Below are positions 27,495 to 38,073 of a DNA stretch of 64,000 bases, piece after piece. The notes beneath the pieces were generated by a model. It was not told the DNA's origin, did no database searches, and worked only from the letters and a program-made list of their open reading frames with translations. The stretch lies in the IMG/VR virus record IMGVR_UViG_3300044632_001278. The stretch is one strand, 5' to 3'. Source of the DNA: a virus. Numbering within the stretch: the first letter of the stretch is position 1; each line of letters opens with the position of its first letter. The position numbers were made by a program, and so were the translations under genes.

Positions 27495-30359
27495 ATGGCA
27501 TACGAGGATGAAATTGCAGAAGAACCTAGATGGTGGGAAGTACAAAACATTCCTGTTGCATTAATTCGTGAATTAAGACGCAGAAAAAACTCAAATAACG
27601 TTGGTTTTAACTATCCAACCCCAGGTGACCCAAGTGGTGTTGTATATGATTTCTACAATAAACATGGTCAGTACAAAGGACCAATGACTCCGTGGGTACG
27701 AGTTTTTTCAAATGGCACTGGTATAGCTGGAAATGGATTGGTACCTCGTAGTACGATACTAAATAAAAACGGAGAAGAAAAGAGTTATGATGGATTCTTG
27801 TTTATGCCTGGCAGTGGATTTTATGAAATGTATGGTTTTAAACAAGATGGCAATGTATTAAAACAAGACAAGTCTGTTATTGGATATGAAGCTAATGGAA
27901 ATCCACATTATATAGATTCTAGATATAGAAATCAATTTTCTTACAAGTGGCCAAGTACATTTAACAAAAACGGCAAGATTATAGAAAGCGTACAGAAATC
28001 TGAAGTGTCTTCTGTGTTACCACCACCTAATTTAGATAGCATAGAAATAAAAACTAGCAAAGATATGTTGTCGTTTGCTACCATAAAATTCAAATGTTAT
28101 GGATTGGCTCAGTTGGAATATCTAGCACCATTCTTTTTGACACCCAGAATAAATGTGTTTGTTGAAATAGGATGGAATTTGTTTAATATCAATTCACTGA
28201 TTGATTTATCCAGCAAAAATGAATGTTGGTCAATAATACAATCTCCACAAAAAATAATGGATAAATGGTACCAATCGTATGGTAATTATGGTGGTATTAC
28301 TGGAATTGTAACCAAGTATAATTTTTCAACACAAGACGGTACTATATATGATTGCAATGTGGAACTAACTTCTCGACAAGCATTATTTGCTGGTATGCCT
28401 GCGGAAAACAATGTAAGTACCACAACAAATTCAAAGACCGATTCCAATGGCAAAAAAATACCAACAGAAACAAAAGAATATACAGGATTAAAAACGTTTT
28501 TGAAAACCGCTTTACCCAAGTTAAAGCAAGTTGTTATTGATCGTAAAAATTTTATGGAATATATTGCTACAAACGGTATATCCAATTCGGAAGATTATGA
28601 CAATTCTAAAACACAAGAGTTTTTAAAACAACAAACTTTTTATGATGGAAAAATTGAAAACAGAATTTTTATAGGAAGAACAGATGCGCCTAATGTATAT
28701 AAAAAACCAGCTGTACCAGTTGGAGAAGAAAATATATCATATAAATCAACTAATATTGGTGGAGTAAATTACAAAGCTGTATCATATAAAGATGATCGTT
28801 GTGATTTTGATACCAAAGGCGACGATGAAGTGTGGATGCAATTGGATTTTCTTTTTGAAGTTGCTAACAAATTCTGTTCCGTCGTATCAAATAAAACATT
28901 TACTATTAATGTAGATAAGATAATAAATGCACATCCAAATTTAATAAGTTGTGACCCACACGTATTAATACCAAATGGAATTGCTCCTAAATTTAATATT
29001 GGCAAAAAACTTCCAGATGAAAGTTACTTAAATACTATAAAAAATAATAAATTGGATCCAACTGCACAAAGTCGAGTTGAAAATGAAATCAAGTCTGGTG
29101 GATATTTGAAAAATGGTGATCCAAATCAAAATGCGTTTTTAAAATCAAAATATGATGTCGAGGTAACTAATGTAAACGACGAACTTTATAGAGCTGCTAA
29201 AAAAGTCGAAACTGTATTTAAAACAGCGGGTGCTTATAGAGATAATTTAGATACTGTTATCAATAGATTGTACTATGATATTGGTGGTATAAGTGAAAAT
29301 AGTCCAAGTGACAATATATCATTTCCGTTTATTTATGACAAAGAAGTTGTATTGACAGGTGAAGAACTTGTATTATCCGATCCTCAAAAAACAAGATCGC
29401 AGTCAATTAAAAGAACATACAAGAAGTTTAGATATGGTAATTTAAAAAACATATACATAAGCAAAACCAAAGTCTTGGAAATTGTAGAAAATAAAGAAGT
29501 CCAAACTTGGCAACAGTTTGCAAACGCAATATTGAATGTTATTAATGAAGCTTCTAATGGATTTTGGAAATTCCAAATATCACAAGATGATTTGGGCGGA
29601 TTATCTATATTGGATAACAATTATATTGATTTAGGTGACAAATCGCCTAGTCTAAAAAAAGTATATGTCTTTGATGCTGGTGGCACTGATTCCTGTATAA
29701 AAAACATTAGTTTAGATACTTCTTTGACGAGCGAACAAGCTACGTTGACATTATTTCAAGCGGGCATCAACAAACCAGATTCTTCTGACACATCGATGAG
29801 TGCTAAGAATTCAAGTGTGCCTGCTACCAGTTTTATAGATAGATTGGATGTTTTCAATGAAGAAGAAACAGGCACTGGTGAAAGTAATACAGTGCCTTCG
29901 CAAGAAGAAATTACAGTAGACCAAAACCCATTAATATCTGCAATACAAACGCACGGAACAATAGACAAGGTATTAACATTAACAAGTGCTTATATTGTAG
30001 ATGGTGAAAACCCAAATGATGCCGCTAAGAATTACAAGCAGTTGAATTTATCTACCGATTTAAAAGACAAGTTGGGACAAATAATAGACGATCAAGATAT
30101 AGAAAACAATTTATCTTTATATAGTGGAATCTCTCCTAACTTTTCGTTGACAGTAACATTTGATGGTATATTTGGATTTAGAATGTTTCAACACTTTGGC
30201 ATTTCAAATTTTCCAAAACCTTATATTCCTGAGAACGTGATATTTATGATAACAGATGTTACACATTATGTTACAGCTGGCAATGGCAAATGGGAAACTG
30301 TTGTTGGATGTTTGGCAAGATGTGTAGCAGATCAAAACATTGAACTAATACCTGTATGA
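27495..30359 (+). CDS. Putative baseplate hub protein
   Basis: 954 aa following the LysM-like gene. The C-terminal LTVTFDGIFG...FMITDVTHYV...WET pattern fits gp27/gpD-like hubs. Confidence 0.5.
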   Translation: MAYEDEIAEEPRWWEVQNIPVALIRELRRRKNSNNVGFNYPTPGDPSGVVYDFYNKHGQYKGPMTPWVRVFSNGTGIAGNGLVPRSTILNKNGEEKSYDGFLFMPGSGFYEMYGFKQDGNVLKQDKSVIGYEANGNPHYIDSRYRNQFSYKWPSTFNKNGKIIESVQKSEVSSVLPPPNLDSIEIKTSKDMLSFATIKFKCYGLAQLEYLAPFFLTPRINVFVEIGWNLFNINSLIDLSSKNECWSIIQSPQKIMDKWYQSYGNYGGITGIVTKYNFSTQDGTIYDCNVELTSRQALFAGMPAENNVSTTTNSKTDSNGKKIPTETKEYTGLKTFLKTALPKLKQVVIDRKNFMEYIATNGISNSEDYDNSKTQEFLKQQTFYDGKIENRIFIGRTDAPNVYKKPAVPVGEENISYKSTNIGGVNYKAVSYKDDRCDFDTKGDDEVWMQLDFLFEVANKFCSVVSNKTFTINVDKIINAHPNLISCDPHVLIPNGIAPKFNIGKKLPDESYLNTIKNNKLDPTAQSRVENEIKSGGYLKNGDPNQNAFLKSKYDVEVTNVNDELYRAAKKVETVFKTAGAYRDNLDTVINRLYYDIGGISENSPSDNISFPFIYDKEVVLTGEELVLSDPQKTRSQSIKRTYKKFRYGNLKNIYISKTKVLEIVENKEVQTWQQFANAILNVINEASNGFWKFQISQDDLGGLSILDNNYIDLGDKSPSLKKVYVFDAGGTDSCIKNISLDTSLTSEQATLTLFQAGINKPDSSDTSMSAKNSSVPATSFIDRLDVFNEEETGTGESNTVPSQEEITVDQNPLISAIQTHGTIDKVLTLTSAYIVDGENPNDAAKNYKQLNLSTDLKDKLGQIIDDQDIENNLSLYSGISPNFSLTVTFDGIFGFRMFQHFGISNFPKPYIPENVIFMITDVTHYVTAGNGKWETVVGCLARCVADQNIELIPV

Positions 30360-30739
30360 TTATAAAAGATGTTGATGTTGCAACCAAAACAAAATTAAAT
30401 CTGGGTAATTTTAACATTAATTTACCAAATACGTTTTTGCCAAAACCACAAGAAAAAGATTACAAGGTGGGTTATATAGAAAGATATCTAGTTTCCAAGA
30501 TCAACTACTCGGAAATAACAGAAGTATCAGGCGACGTTTACAACAAAATAGACTCAAACTTTTTCAGAAAAGCCAAATTGAAATGGAAAATAACAGGTCC
30601 GTTAAACAGTAAGTATGATGGTAAGATGCTACTGGAACAAGGAGTAATTGAGTACAACAAGAAGCAAGTGGAACAAATAAATACAGTGATTAACGGAACC
30701 AACGAAGTTCTAACCAATCTTACTCAGTTCTACAAATAA
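30356..30739 (+). CDS. Hypothetical protein (baseplate region)
   Basis: ATGA-coupled ORF of 127 aa. Confidence 0.5.
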   Translation: MIIKDVDVATKTKLNLGNFNINLPNTFLPKPQEKDYKVGYIERYLVSKINYSEITEVSGDVYNKIDSNFFRKAKLKWKITGPLNSKYDGKMLLEQGVIEYNKKQVEQINTVINGTNEVLTNLTQFYK

Positions 30740-30744
30740 ATCAA

Positions 30745-30772
30745 TTGACATTTGGTGTAAACAGTATACACT
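30745..30772 (+). promoter_or_regulatory. Sigma70-like early promoter
   Basis: TTGACA-N16-TACACT. The GTG start is 6 nt downstream, implying a leaderless transcript. Confidence 0.65.
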
Positions 30773-30778
30773 AAAGAT

Positions 30779-32077
30779 GTGGAGTATTCGTCTAAAATCT
30801 ATCTAAAATTAGTAACAAAGCACAATAATTATCATAATGCTTGTAATGATATTATTGCAGCTTTTATTTATGATTTTAAAGATGGTAAGAAACATTACTT
30901 AAATTTTTCCCACGGTGATTTGCCTGTGGATTGTTCGTTTGATCAATTTAAACTAGATATCGAATCAAAAGATATTACGGTATACGTTAACAATAAAAAG
31001 ACATATAAGTATTGGTTAAACTGTAAATTAATTGATGTTAATCTATTTGGGTTTATAGACAACAATGAAACATTGGATGAAGTGGAAAACCTTAGCAGAA
31101 ATTTTCTACAGCATAGTTACTACAATATCAATAACTTTAATTTGATATTACCATATGTTATACATCAACAGATCTTTGATAAAGAGGTAGAACAAATCAA
31201 ACACTTGGATTCAAAGGAAACTGAGAGTTATTGTTTTAAATTTTTTAACAATGTTATATCTGATACATTGTTTGAAGTAGAAAAGAACGGAATCAAAGTA
31301 GACGTTGATGTTTTTTCAAAATATTTCAAGAGCAAAACTTATAATAAATTTGTATATACCAACTACAACATATACAATCCAACGGGAAGACCAAGTAATT
31401 CATATGATACCATCAATTATGTAGCTCTTAAAAAAGATGATGGGTCGAGAGCTAGTTTTGTTTCACGATATGGACAAGACGGTCATTTGATGATGATTGA
31501 TTTTACAGGATTCCATCCTTACATTGTAGCAAATCTTGTGGAGTACAAAGTACCCGAAGAAGAAACAATATATGAACATTTAGCTAAATATTACTTTAAC
31601 ATTGTCAATGTAACAGCTGATGATATTGGCAAATCAAAGAAATTAACGATGGTAAATCTATATGGTCAGATTTCCAATCAATATTGTGATATTCCTTATT
31701 TTCACAAAGTTGAACAGTTAAAGGATAAATATTGGAAAAAGTTTGAGAAGAATGGGTATATAACAACTCCGATATATAAACGAAAGATAACAAATAAACA
31801 TATAGTTGATGCCAACAAAAACAAGTTGTTTGCTTATATTATTCAAGCTGCTGAAACTGAATATGGAATTGACAGCTTAAGTAAGTGTATTAAGTTTGTT
31901 AGTAACAAAAAGATCGTACCTATTCTGTATGTATATGATTCGATAGTGTTTGATATTCACAATGATGTGGATAGACAAGATATTACTGATTTGATTGAGA
32001 TCTTTAAAAACAAGCGATTTAAGGTAAAGACTTACACGGGAAATAATTATAATGATTTGAAATTAGTCCAATTGTAA
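30779..32077 (+). CDS. Compact family-A DNA polymerase-like protein
   Basis: TGRPSN, motif A MIDFTGFHP, motif B KKLTMVNLYG, IQAAETE and motif C YVYDSIVFD. Only 432 aa. Confidence 0.75.
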   Translation: MEYSSKIYLKLVTKHNNYHNACNDIIAAFIYDFKDGKKHYLNFSHGDLPVDCSFDQFKLDIESKDITVYVNNKKTYKYWLNCKLIDVNLFGFIDNNETLDEVENLSRNFLQHSYYNINNFNLILPYVIHQQIFDKEVEQIKHLDSKETESYCFKFFNNVISDTLFEVEKNGIKVDVDVFSKYFKSKTYNKFVYTNYNIYNPTGRPSNSYDTINYVALKKDDGSRASFVSRYGQDGHLMMIDFTGFHPYIVANLVEYKVPEEETIYEHLAKYYFNIVNVTADDIGKSKKLTMVNLYGQISNQYCDIPYFHKVEQLKDKYWKKFEKNGYITTPIYKRKITNKHIVDANKNKLFAYIIQAAETEYGIDSLSKCIKFVSNKKIVPILYVYDSIVFDIHNDVDRQDITDLIEIFKNKRFKVKTYTGNNYNDLKLVQL

Positions 32078-32104
32078 ATATATTTATATCTATATTTATA
32101 ATAG

Positions 32105-34426
32105 ATGAACTTTAAATCATTAGTAAACGAAATTTGTTGTGACAATCGTATTAAGAACGGTGTATTGGATCTTAAGAACGAAGATCACGTTTTTATATTG
32201 CAGGAATATCTAGAGAAAGCTGGATATAATATCGATGAGATAGTAGAAAAGACCGCTAGGTTATTTGAAGCGGGTAGATTTCCAGATCGACAAGCATATA
32301 ATAAAGATGGTATACTTGTAACATTTCCTAATAAACAATACAGAGATAGAGCTGTTAATAAAGGCACTCACTTCGCTGAAAATCCCAAAAAGGCTCAAGC
32401 TAATATTTTTAAAGCTGATGGTGAACAAGGAGTCGATACACAAACAGATTCAGAACCATCTAAGAAACAACCTGCCACGTTAGATCAAACATTAGATAAA
32501 GATATCGAAGGTGATAGTGGTGTAGACAAAAGAACACCAGCTGAGAAAAAGCAAGATGCTTGGGGAGTGGAAGCTATATTAACAGGTCAAACGCCACTTG
32601 TTAATTATAGTGTAGATGAAGCTAAAAGTTATGGATTTTACAACAAAGGATTCAAATGGTTTGATACTAATGGAGATTTAATAGGTGAACAGATATACGA
32701 TGAAACTATTTCTAAAAACGTAATTGTAGCTGATGCAATTGCGCCTGCTAAATATATTGATAAATCAAAAAAAATAAAAGACATTATAAACAAAGAACTT
32801 TTGGTTAAGTTGGAGTTCTTAAAAAATGCAGATAATAATACACGGACTAAATTATTTGAAACTATACCTATTTTGTTTGCTTACGGAATTACTGATTTTA
32901 AAAATGCTAAAACCGGACAAGATTACAACGATTTTGCGATTGGATTTTTATCTGCTTGGGGCAATTTAAGAGAAAAATTAGAGAATATACCAAACGAAAC
33001 CAGTCGTATAGAAAATCTTAAATTATACGATTTAGTCGATAAAGATTTAAAACAAATTGGTGGATTTGACGGAGTTTCTTTAGCGGAATTAGGAACGCCT
33101 ACTGATTTTATTCATAAATCAATAGATAGTTTTTATAAAGCAGCCGATGATTATAACAGAAAATTTTTAAAAGGTGAACAAGAAACAAAATCAAATACCG
33201 CAGACATTGTTTTGATTTATGGTGGCACAAAGGCAGATGTATTAAACGCTTTAAAAGATGGCAATATTGATGAACAAGATGTCGATTCGATGGCTAAAAT
33301 AAAAGATAAAAATATTAAATTTGCTTTAATTAGTTTAAAAGCAGGTGGTGGAAAATTGGGAAGAGTTTTAACTCAATTGGCACAATACGTTGGTCAATCT
33401 TTGGCACCTACTCCATCGGATGAACCAGTGCCACTTAGTGAAGGAATAATTGATAAAATATCAAGTAGCATAAAATATGCTATAGATAAAATTAAAAGTA
33501 TACCAGATATTGCTAAAAATTATTTTCAATCATTCATAAAAGCAATAAATCCATTTACTACAAAAATAAATAACTTTTTTTTCAAAAAATTAAATACGGA
33601 TGTAAAAATTTTACAATCTTCGGAATTAAAAAATCTAGAAAATTTAGAGCGTCAACTTGAAAGAGAAATAGGTACTATTTCAGAAAAATCTAGTAAGAAA
33701 TGTGATAATAAACATACAGAATATACGGAGACCATTAATAAAAATTTGAATTTATTTAAAAACATTTTGAAATCAAGTACAGAGGACATAACTCTTATTA
33801 ACAAAATTTCCGAATTATCAAACAATAAATTTCTAATTGAATTTTTTCCAATTGAAATAAAAACGGTACAATTGCAACAAATTGAAAATTTGAAAAAAAA
33901 TCTAATATATGTAATAAATCAAATTGACGGAGATTTTAAAATTGGAGATTGTTTAGAACGATATACACTCAGACCCATTTTTAAATACAGAGCTAATGTT
34001 TTGTCACTTAAGTATATAGATTTAATCTTAAACAATGTATTAAAAGATGTAAATACATCAGATCCTAATTTAATACGTGAAGAATTTATAAAATTATCTA
34101 GTCTTCTTTCAACCGAAGCTGTATTTGGCAAAAACGTTAGTTTACCTCTAATCAAATACACTGGTAAAAAGATTGAAAGGTTGAGATATAAAGGTAATTT
34201 TAAATTAGAAATTCCAAAAGAGTTCGAAGATGTAAAATTGGGTAAGATCCGAATCAATATGGTGGTTGACGAAGGATATTTAACGGTAACTCTTTATTTA
34301 TTCGCTGGAATTGTTATGAAAGATGATATTGCTACACCAACATATTCTGTTTTTAGTTTAGATAGTAGTAGTGGTAGTTCGTTTACGTTTAGTGTAGAAG
34401 GAAAAGAAGTCGTTGATAAAATATGA
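32105..34426 (+). CDS. Large hypothetical protein, possible PD-(D/E)xK-like nuclease domain; probably late-expressed
   Basis: 773 aa with TADIVLIY...ALISLK pattern. TATTTATA element 4 nt upstream. Confidence 0.4.
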   Translation: MNFKSLVNEICCDNRIKNGVLDLKNEDHVFILQEYLEKAGYNIDEIVEKTARLFEAGRFPDRQAYNKDGILVTFPNKQYRDRAVNKGTHFAENPKKAQANIFKADGEQGVDTQTDSEPSKKQPATLDQTLDKDIEGDSGVDKRTPAEKKQDAWGVEAILTGQTPLVNYSVDEAKSYGFYNKGFKWFDTNGDLIGEQIYDETISKNVIVADAIAPAKYIDKSKKIKDIINKELLVKLEFLKNADNNTRTKLFETIPILFAYGITDFKNAKTGQDYNDFAIGFLSAWGNLREKLENIPNETSRIENLKLYDLVDKDLKQIGGFDGVSLAELGTPTDFIHKSIDSFYKAADDYNRKFLKGEQETKSNTADIVLIYGGTKADVLNALKDGNIDEQDVDSMAKIKDKNIKFALISLKAGGGKLGRVLTQLAQYVGQSLAPTPSDEPVPLSEGIIDKISSSIKYAIDKIKSIPDIAKNYFQSFIKAINPFTTKINNFFFKKLNTDVKILQSSELKNLENLERQLEREIGTISEKSSKKCDNKHTEYTETINKNLNLFKNILKSSTEDITLINKISELSNNKFLIEFFPIEIKTVQLQQIENLKKNLIYVINQIDGDFKIGDCLERYTLRPIFKYRANVLSLKYIDLILNNVLKDVNTSDPNLIREEFIKLSSLLSTEAVFGKNVSLPLIKYTGKKIERLRYKGNFKLEIPKEFEDVKLGKIRINMVVDEGYLTVTLYLFAGIVMKDDIATPTYSVFSLDSSSGSSFTFSVEGKEVVDKI

Positions 34427-34818
34427 TAACCCAAAAACAACTACTTTGCACATTTGCAAATAGTATAAATTATACTGAAACGATTAAAGAGATAACTCAA
34501 CAATATACATTGATCGATAATAAGATTTTTATATTTGCAAATGAGAATAATCTTCGGGAATTGTACTTAACGTTTAATGTGGAAAAAACCGAACGTAATA
34601 ATCGTTACAAAGGCACTATAAGTATTCATCGTAAGAAACAAACAAATACACTATATACACTCAACGCAATGAATAAGTTGATTGCTGACGAAAACAATGG
34701 TGTATTTGATAAGAACTTCCAATTAAATTGGGAACTATATAAAAACAGTATTATACTAACCAACGAAATTGGTGTAAAAATAGTTCCATTAAAATTGTTT
34801 TCTATCCAAGAAATTTGA
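34423..34818 (+). CDS. Conserved phage hypothetical protein
   Basis: QLLCTF...IHRKKQTNTLYTLNAMN. ATGA-coupled. Confidence 0.55.
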   Translation: MITQKQLLCTFANSINYTETIKEITQQYTLIDNKIFIFANENNLRELYLTFNVEKTERNNRYKGTISIHRKKQTNTLYTLNAMNKLIADENNGVFDKNFQLNWELYKNSIILTNEIGVKIVPLKLFSIQEI

Positions 34819-34832
34819 TATATATTTTAGAC

Positions 34833-34861
34833 TTGATTTCAATCTATACATAGTGTAGACT
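34833..34861 (+). promoter_or_regulatory. Sigma70-like promoter for the SSB gene
   Basis: TTGATT-N17-TAGACT. Confidence 0.5.
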
Positions 34862-34939
34862 GATTTTAGGTTGGTTATATGACGGGTCGAGTGATCCGTT
34901 GAAGTAATTAACTAATTAACAATTAAACATTAAATAATT

Positions 34940-35776
34940 ATGGCATTAGATCTAAGTAAACTAAAGAGTCGTTTGAACTCCCTTTCAAACACAAATCAAA
35001 AATCCAACTTGATTTGGAAACCAAAGCCAGGTAAACAAGTAGTTCGTATCGTACCATATAAGTACGTACCTGAGAATCCGTTTATCGAACTAAAGTTTCA
35101 TTACAATATCAATAACAAGACTTATCTATCTCCTGATAGTTTTGGTCGGCCAGATCCAATCGTTGAATTTGCTAACCGTCTGAAGAAGACTGGTTCAAAG
35201 GAAGATTGGCAGATGGGTCGTAAGATGGAACCAAAGATGCGTACTTTCGTACCAGTCATTGTTCGTGGTGAAGAAGGAGAAGGTGTCAAGTTCTGGGGAT
35301 TTGGAAAGCAAGTTTATCAAGAACTTCTTTCAATCATCAGTGATCCTGATTTCGGTGATATTACCGATCTAACCAATGGTCGTGATATCGTTGTAGAATT
35401 CAAGACAGCTGAAGGCGGAGCTAGTTTCCCAGAAACCAGCATTCGTGTTAAACCAAACGTAAGTGTCGCCGTAGATCCAAAGAATACCCAACTCTTGGAT
35501 GCTCTAAAGGCACAAGTAAACATCTTGGATTTGTTTGAAGAACTATCCTATGATGACTTGAAGGAAGTTATGGATAAGTGGTTGAATCCAGAATCAGCCG
35601 CAACCGAAGTTGCAGCTGAACCTACTCCTAGTGGAGATGATGATGAAGCTCCGTTTTCAACATCACCAGCAGTAACCGCAACTGCTACAGCTAAGGCACC
35701 AGCTTCACCAACTGCTGCCAAAGCAAAGGGTAAAGACAGTGTAGAACAAGCATTTGATGACTTGTTTAACTCCTAA
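34940..35776 (+). CDS. Single-stranded DNA-binding protein (T4 gp32-like)
   Basis: WKPKPGKQVVRIVP...FWGFGK...DITDLTNGRD and acidic tail AFDDLFNS. Confidence 0.85.
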   Translation: MALDLSKLKSRLNSLSNTNQKSNLIWKPKPGKQVVRIVPYKYVPENPFIELKFHYNINNKTYLSPDSFGRPDPIVEFANRLKKTGSKEDWQMGRKMEPKMRTFVPVIVRGEEGEGVKFWGFGKQVYQELLSIISDPDFGDITDLTNGRDIVVEFKTAEGGASFPETSIRVKPNVSVAVDPKNTQLLDALKAQVNILDLFEELSYDDLKEVMDKWLNPESAATEVAAEPTPSGDDDEAPFSTSPAVTATATAKAPASPTAAKAKGKDSVEQAFDDLFNS

Positions 35777-35787
35777 AAAATAAAAAT

Positions 35788-35822
35788 AAGCCGGTGGAGT
35801 TTTTATACCCCACCGGCTTTCT
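35788..35822 (+). terminator. Terminator-like hairpin after the SSB gene
   Basis: AAGCCGGTGG / CCACCGGCTT 10-bp stem with a short T tract. Confidence 0.6.
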
Positions 35823-35835
35823 AGTTATATACGTT

Positions 35836-36981
35836 ATGGCAAAGAAAAGTGTTACAAAAGATACATCGGGTCAACGTGACGAATTAATCGAAATGTTGGC
35901 GAATGAGCTTAACAAAGCAAATAAAGATGGTGGTAAAATTGCACATTTCCTAGATGAACAAGATAATCCTTCAGAAATTACTGATTGGATTAGTACTGGC
36001 TCTTCTATTTTGGATCTTGCAATTAGTAATCGTCCACACGGCGGTCTACCAGTTGGTAAGATGGTTGAATTCAACGGACTTGAAGGTACTGGTAAGAGTC
36101 TATTGTCGGCACACGTTGTCGCAGATACACAGAAGAAGGGTGGAGTCGCTGTAGTAATTGATACTGAAAACGCAGCTGCGCCTGAGTTCTGGAAGAGTCT
36201 TGGTGTAGATTTGTCTAAGCTACTATATGTTCAATGTGAAACCGTTGAAGATATTTTTGCTCAGATGGAGAAGATGATCGCGATTGTTCGTAAGAGCAAC
36301 AAAGATCGTATTCTTACAATCATTGTAGATTCTGTAGCAGCAGCATCTACTAAAGTTGAATTGGAAAGTGATCACGGTAAGGATGGATTTGCAACGGGTA
36401 AATCTATTATTATCAGTAAGGCAATGCGTAAGATTACTACTATGATTGGTAAACAGAAAGTATTGACTGTATTTACTAATCAACTACGTCAGAATTTAAA
36501 TGCTATGGCATTTGGTGATAAGTACGTAGTAAGTGGTGGTAAGGCTTTAGCATATCATTGTAGTGTACGTGTTCGTTTGAATAATGCCGGTAAACTCAAG
36601 AAGGGTGAAGAAGTCATCGGAAACGAGTGTAAGGCAGTTGTTATCAAGAATCGTATGGGACCACCTCAACGTCAGGCCAATTTTGATATCTATTTTGATA
36701 GTGGAATTGCTGACTATGGCAGTTGGATTAAAGTTCTAAAAGAACAAAATCTAATTAAACAGGGTGGTGCTTATTATACTTATAAAAAGAACGATGGAAA
36801 CGAATGGAAGTTCCAATCCAAAGACTTTGTAAGTGTAATGCAGAGTGACAAACAATTGGGTGAAGAAATTTACCTGAAGATTTGTGACGCTGTAATTATG
36901 AAATACAAAGATCCCAATAGTCAAATTATTGAGGATGCTGTTGTGGATACACACGAAGAAACTGCAGGCAACGAAGAATAA
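35836..36981 (+). CDS. recA: RecA/UvsX recombinase
   Basis: ISTGSSILDLAI, Walker A GLEGTGKS, IIVDSVAA, FTNQLR, GGKALAY and KNRMGPP. The ATG at 35836 is preferred as start. Confidence 0.92.
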   Translation: MAKKSVTKDTSGQRDELIEMLANELNKANKDGGKIAHFLDEQDNPSEITDWISTGSSILDLAISNRPHGGLPVGKMVEFNGLEGTGKSLLSAHVVADTQKKGGVAVVIDTENAAAPEFWKSLGVDLSKLLYVQCETVEDIFAQMEKMIAIVRKSNKDRILTIIVDSVAAASTKVELESDHGKDGFATGKSIIISKAMRKITTMIGKQKVLTVFTNQLRQNLNAMAFGDKYVVSGGKALAYHCSVRVRLNNAGKLKKGEEVIGNECKAVVIKNRMGPPQRQANFDIYFDSGIADYGSWIKVLKEQNLIKQGGAYYTYKKNDGNEWKFQSKDFVSVMQSDKQLGEEIYLKICDAVIMKYKDPNSQIIEDAVVDTHEETAGNEE

Positions 36982-36995
36982 TACGTTGATAGGAT

Positions 36996-37047
36996 GTTTT
37001 TCCGCATTGCCTACTATTTATTAGTATGGATAACAATGCGGAAAAAC
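36996..37047 (+). promoter_or_regulatory. 14-bp perfect hairpin enclosing the TATTTAT element and the endonuclease start codon
   Basis: GTTTTTCCGCATTG (36996-37009) / CAATGCGGAAAAAC (37034-37047). Confidence 0.75.
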
Positions 37048-37958
37048 TCTTTTTTGAAGACCGATCTGAACGATTATATCAAATCTTTATAAAAGATGAA
37101 TCAATATGTGGATTTACTTCTTTATTTAAACTGAATAAAATTGGTAGCAAAACTGGGGAAAAAATAAAAAAATATTTATATAATAAATATGGTGAAACTT
37201 ATTTGAAAAAAATAAGTGCTGTTAGAACGTCTAAAGCTGCTCATCAAAAAAGAAACAAAGATAGTTATTTTATTTCTTCAGAAAGAAGACAAAAAATGTC
37301 TGTCGGTATTAAAAAATATTATAAAAATAATCAGTCCGCTAAATCTAGATGTAGGGATTTAATGATTAAACATTGTTTACCAAAGTGCCAAACAATGGAG
37401 AGTAAAATAAAACGAGTAAAGAGTAGAGACTGGTATAAACCCAGTGAAGACACTAAACAAAAAATGTCTCAATCTCAACTTGGAAAGCCATTAACAGAAG
37501 AACATAAGTTAAAATTAAGAAAACCAAAGAAAACCAAACGATCTAATTTTAGACATACTACTGAAACAAAACACAAATTATCGTTAATTACTAAAAATCA
37601 GTGGAAAAGTGGAATTCACAAACCAATTTTTAAATCTAAAGGACAGCAGGAAGTAATTAGATTGTTAAAAGAACAAGGATATTCAATTCAAGATGAATAT
37701 GTTGTTGGGGGGAAGCCATACGATGTGTTTGTAAAAGAAAAAAATTTATTAATAGAATTTAATGGTACTTATTGGCACAGAGATCCTAGATTTTTTACAT
37801 CGTCCGATGAAGTTATTAAAATATGGGAAAAAGATAAAAATAAAATGTTGATTGCTGAATCGAATGGGTATATAATAAAAGTTATATGGCAACACGATTG
37901 GGAACAATGTAAAGACAAAAATATATACATTAAAAAACTATTAAATGAGCAACTTTGA
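37026..37958 (+). mobile_element. Free-standing homing endonuclease-like gene (NUMOD3 repeats plus Vsr/DUF559-like nuclease)
   Basis: SEDTKQKMSQSQLGKPLTEEHKLKL and HTTETKHKLS NUMOD3-like repeats. C-terminal YDVFV...LIEFNGTYWH...D..K...GY..KVIWQHDW. Confidence 0.75.
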
Positions 37959-38073
37959 CAACAAAGAAATGAAGAAGTTATTTTCTTTATTTCAAAATAT
38001 AGAAAGCGATTCCGTCACCGGAGGACTTAAAAAATCACTTAATAGTGATGTCCTTTTGGTTGACGGATTGTAG
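37945..38073 (+). CDS. N-terminal 42-aa fragment of the 5'-3' exonuclease/RNase H (not in the ORF track)
   Basis: ATG at 37945 reads MSNFDNKEMKKLFSLFQNIESDSVTGGLKKSLNSDVLLVDGL-TAG. VLLVDG is FEN motif I. Confidence 0.7.
   Translation: MSNFDNKEMKKLFSLFQNIESDSVTGGLKKSLNSDVLLVDGL

Noticed and set aside
35794-35835. Upstream-extended starts given by the ORF track (also 19121, 42824, 45248, 49498, 53664)
   Set aside because: The extensions run through terminators, promoters or upstream genes. Downstream ATGs fit the RBS or motif spacing better.
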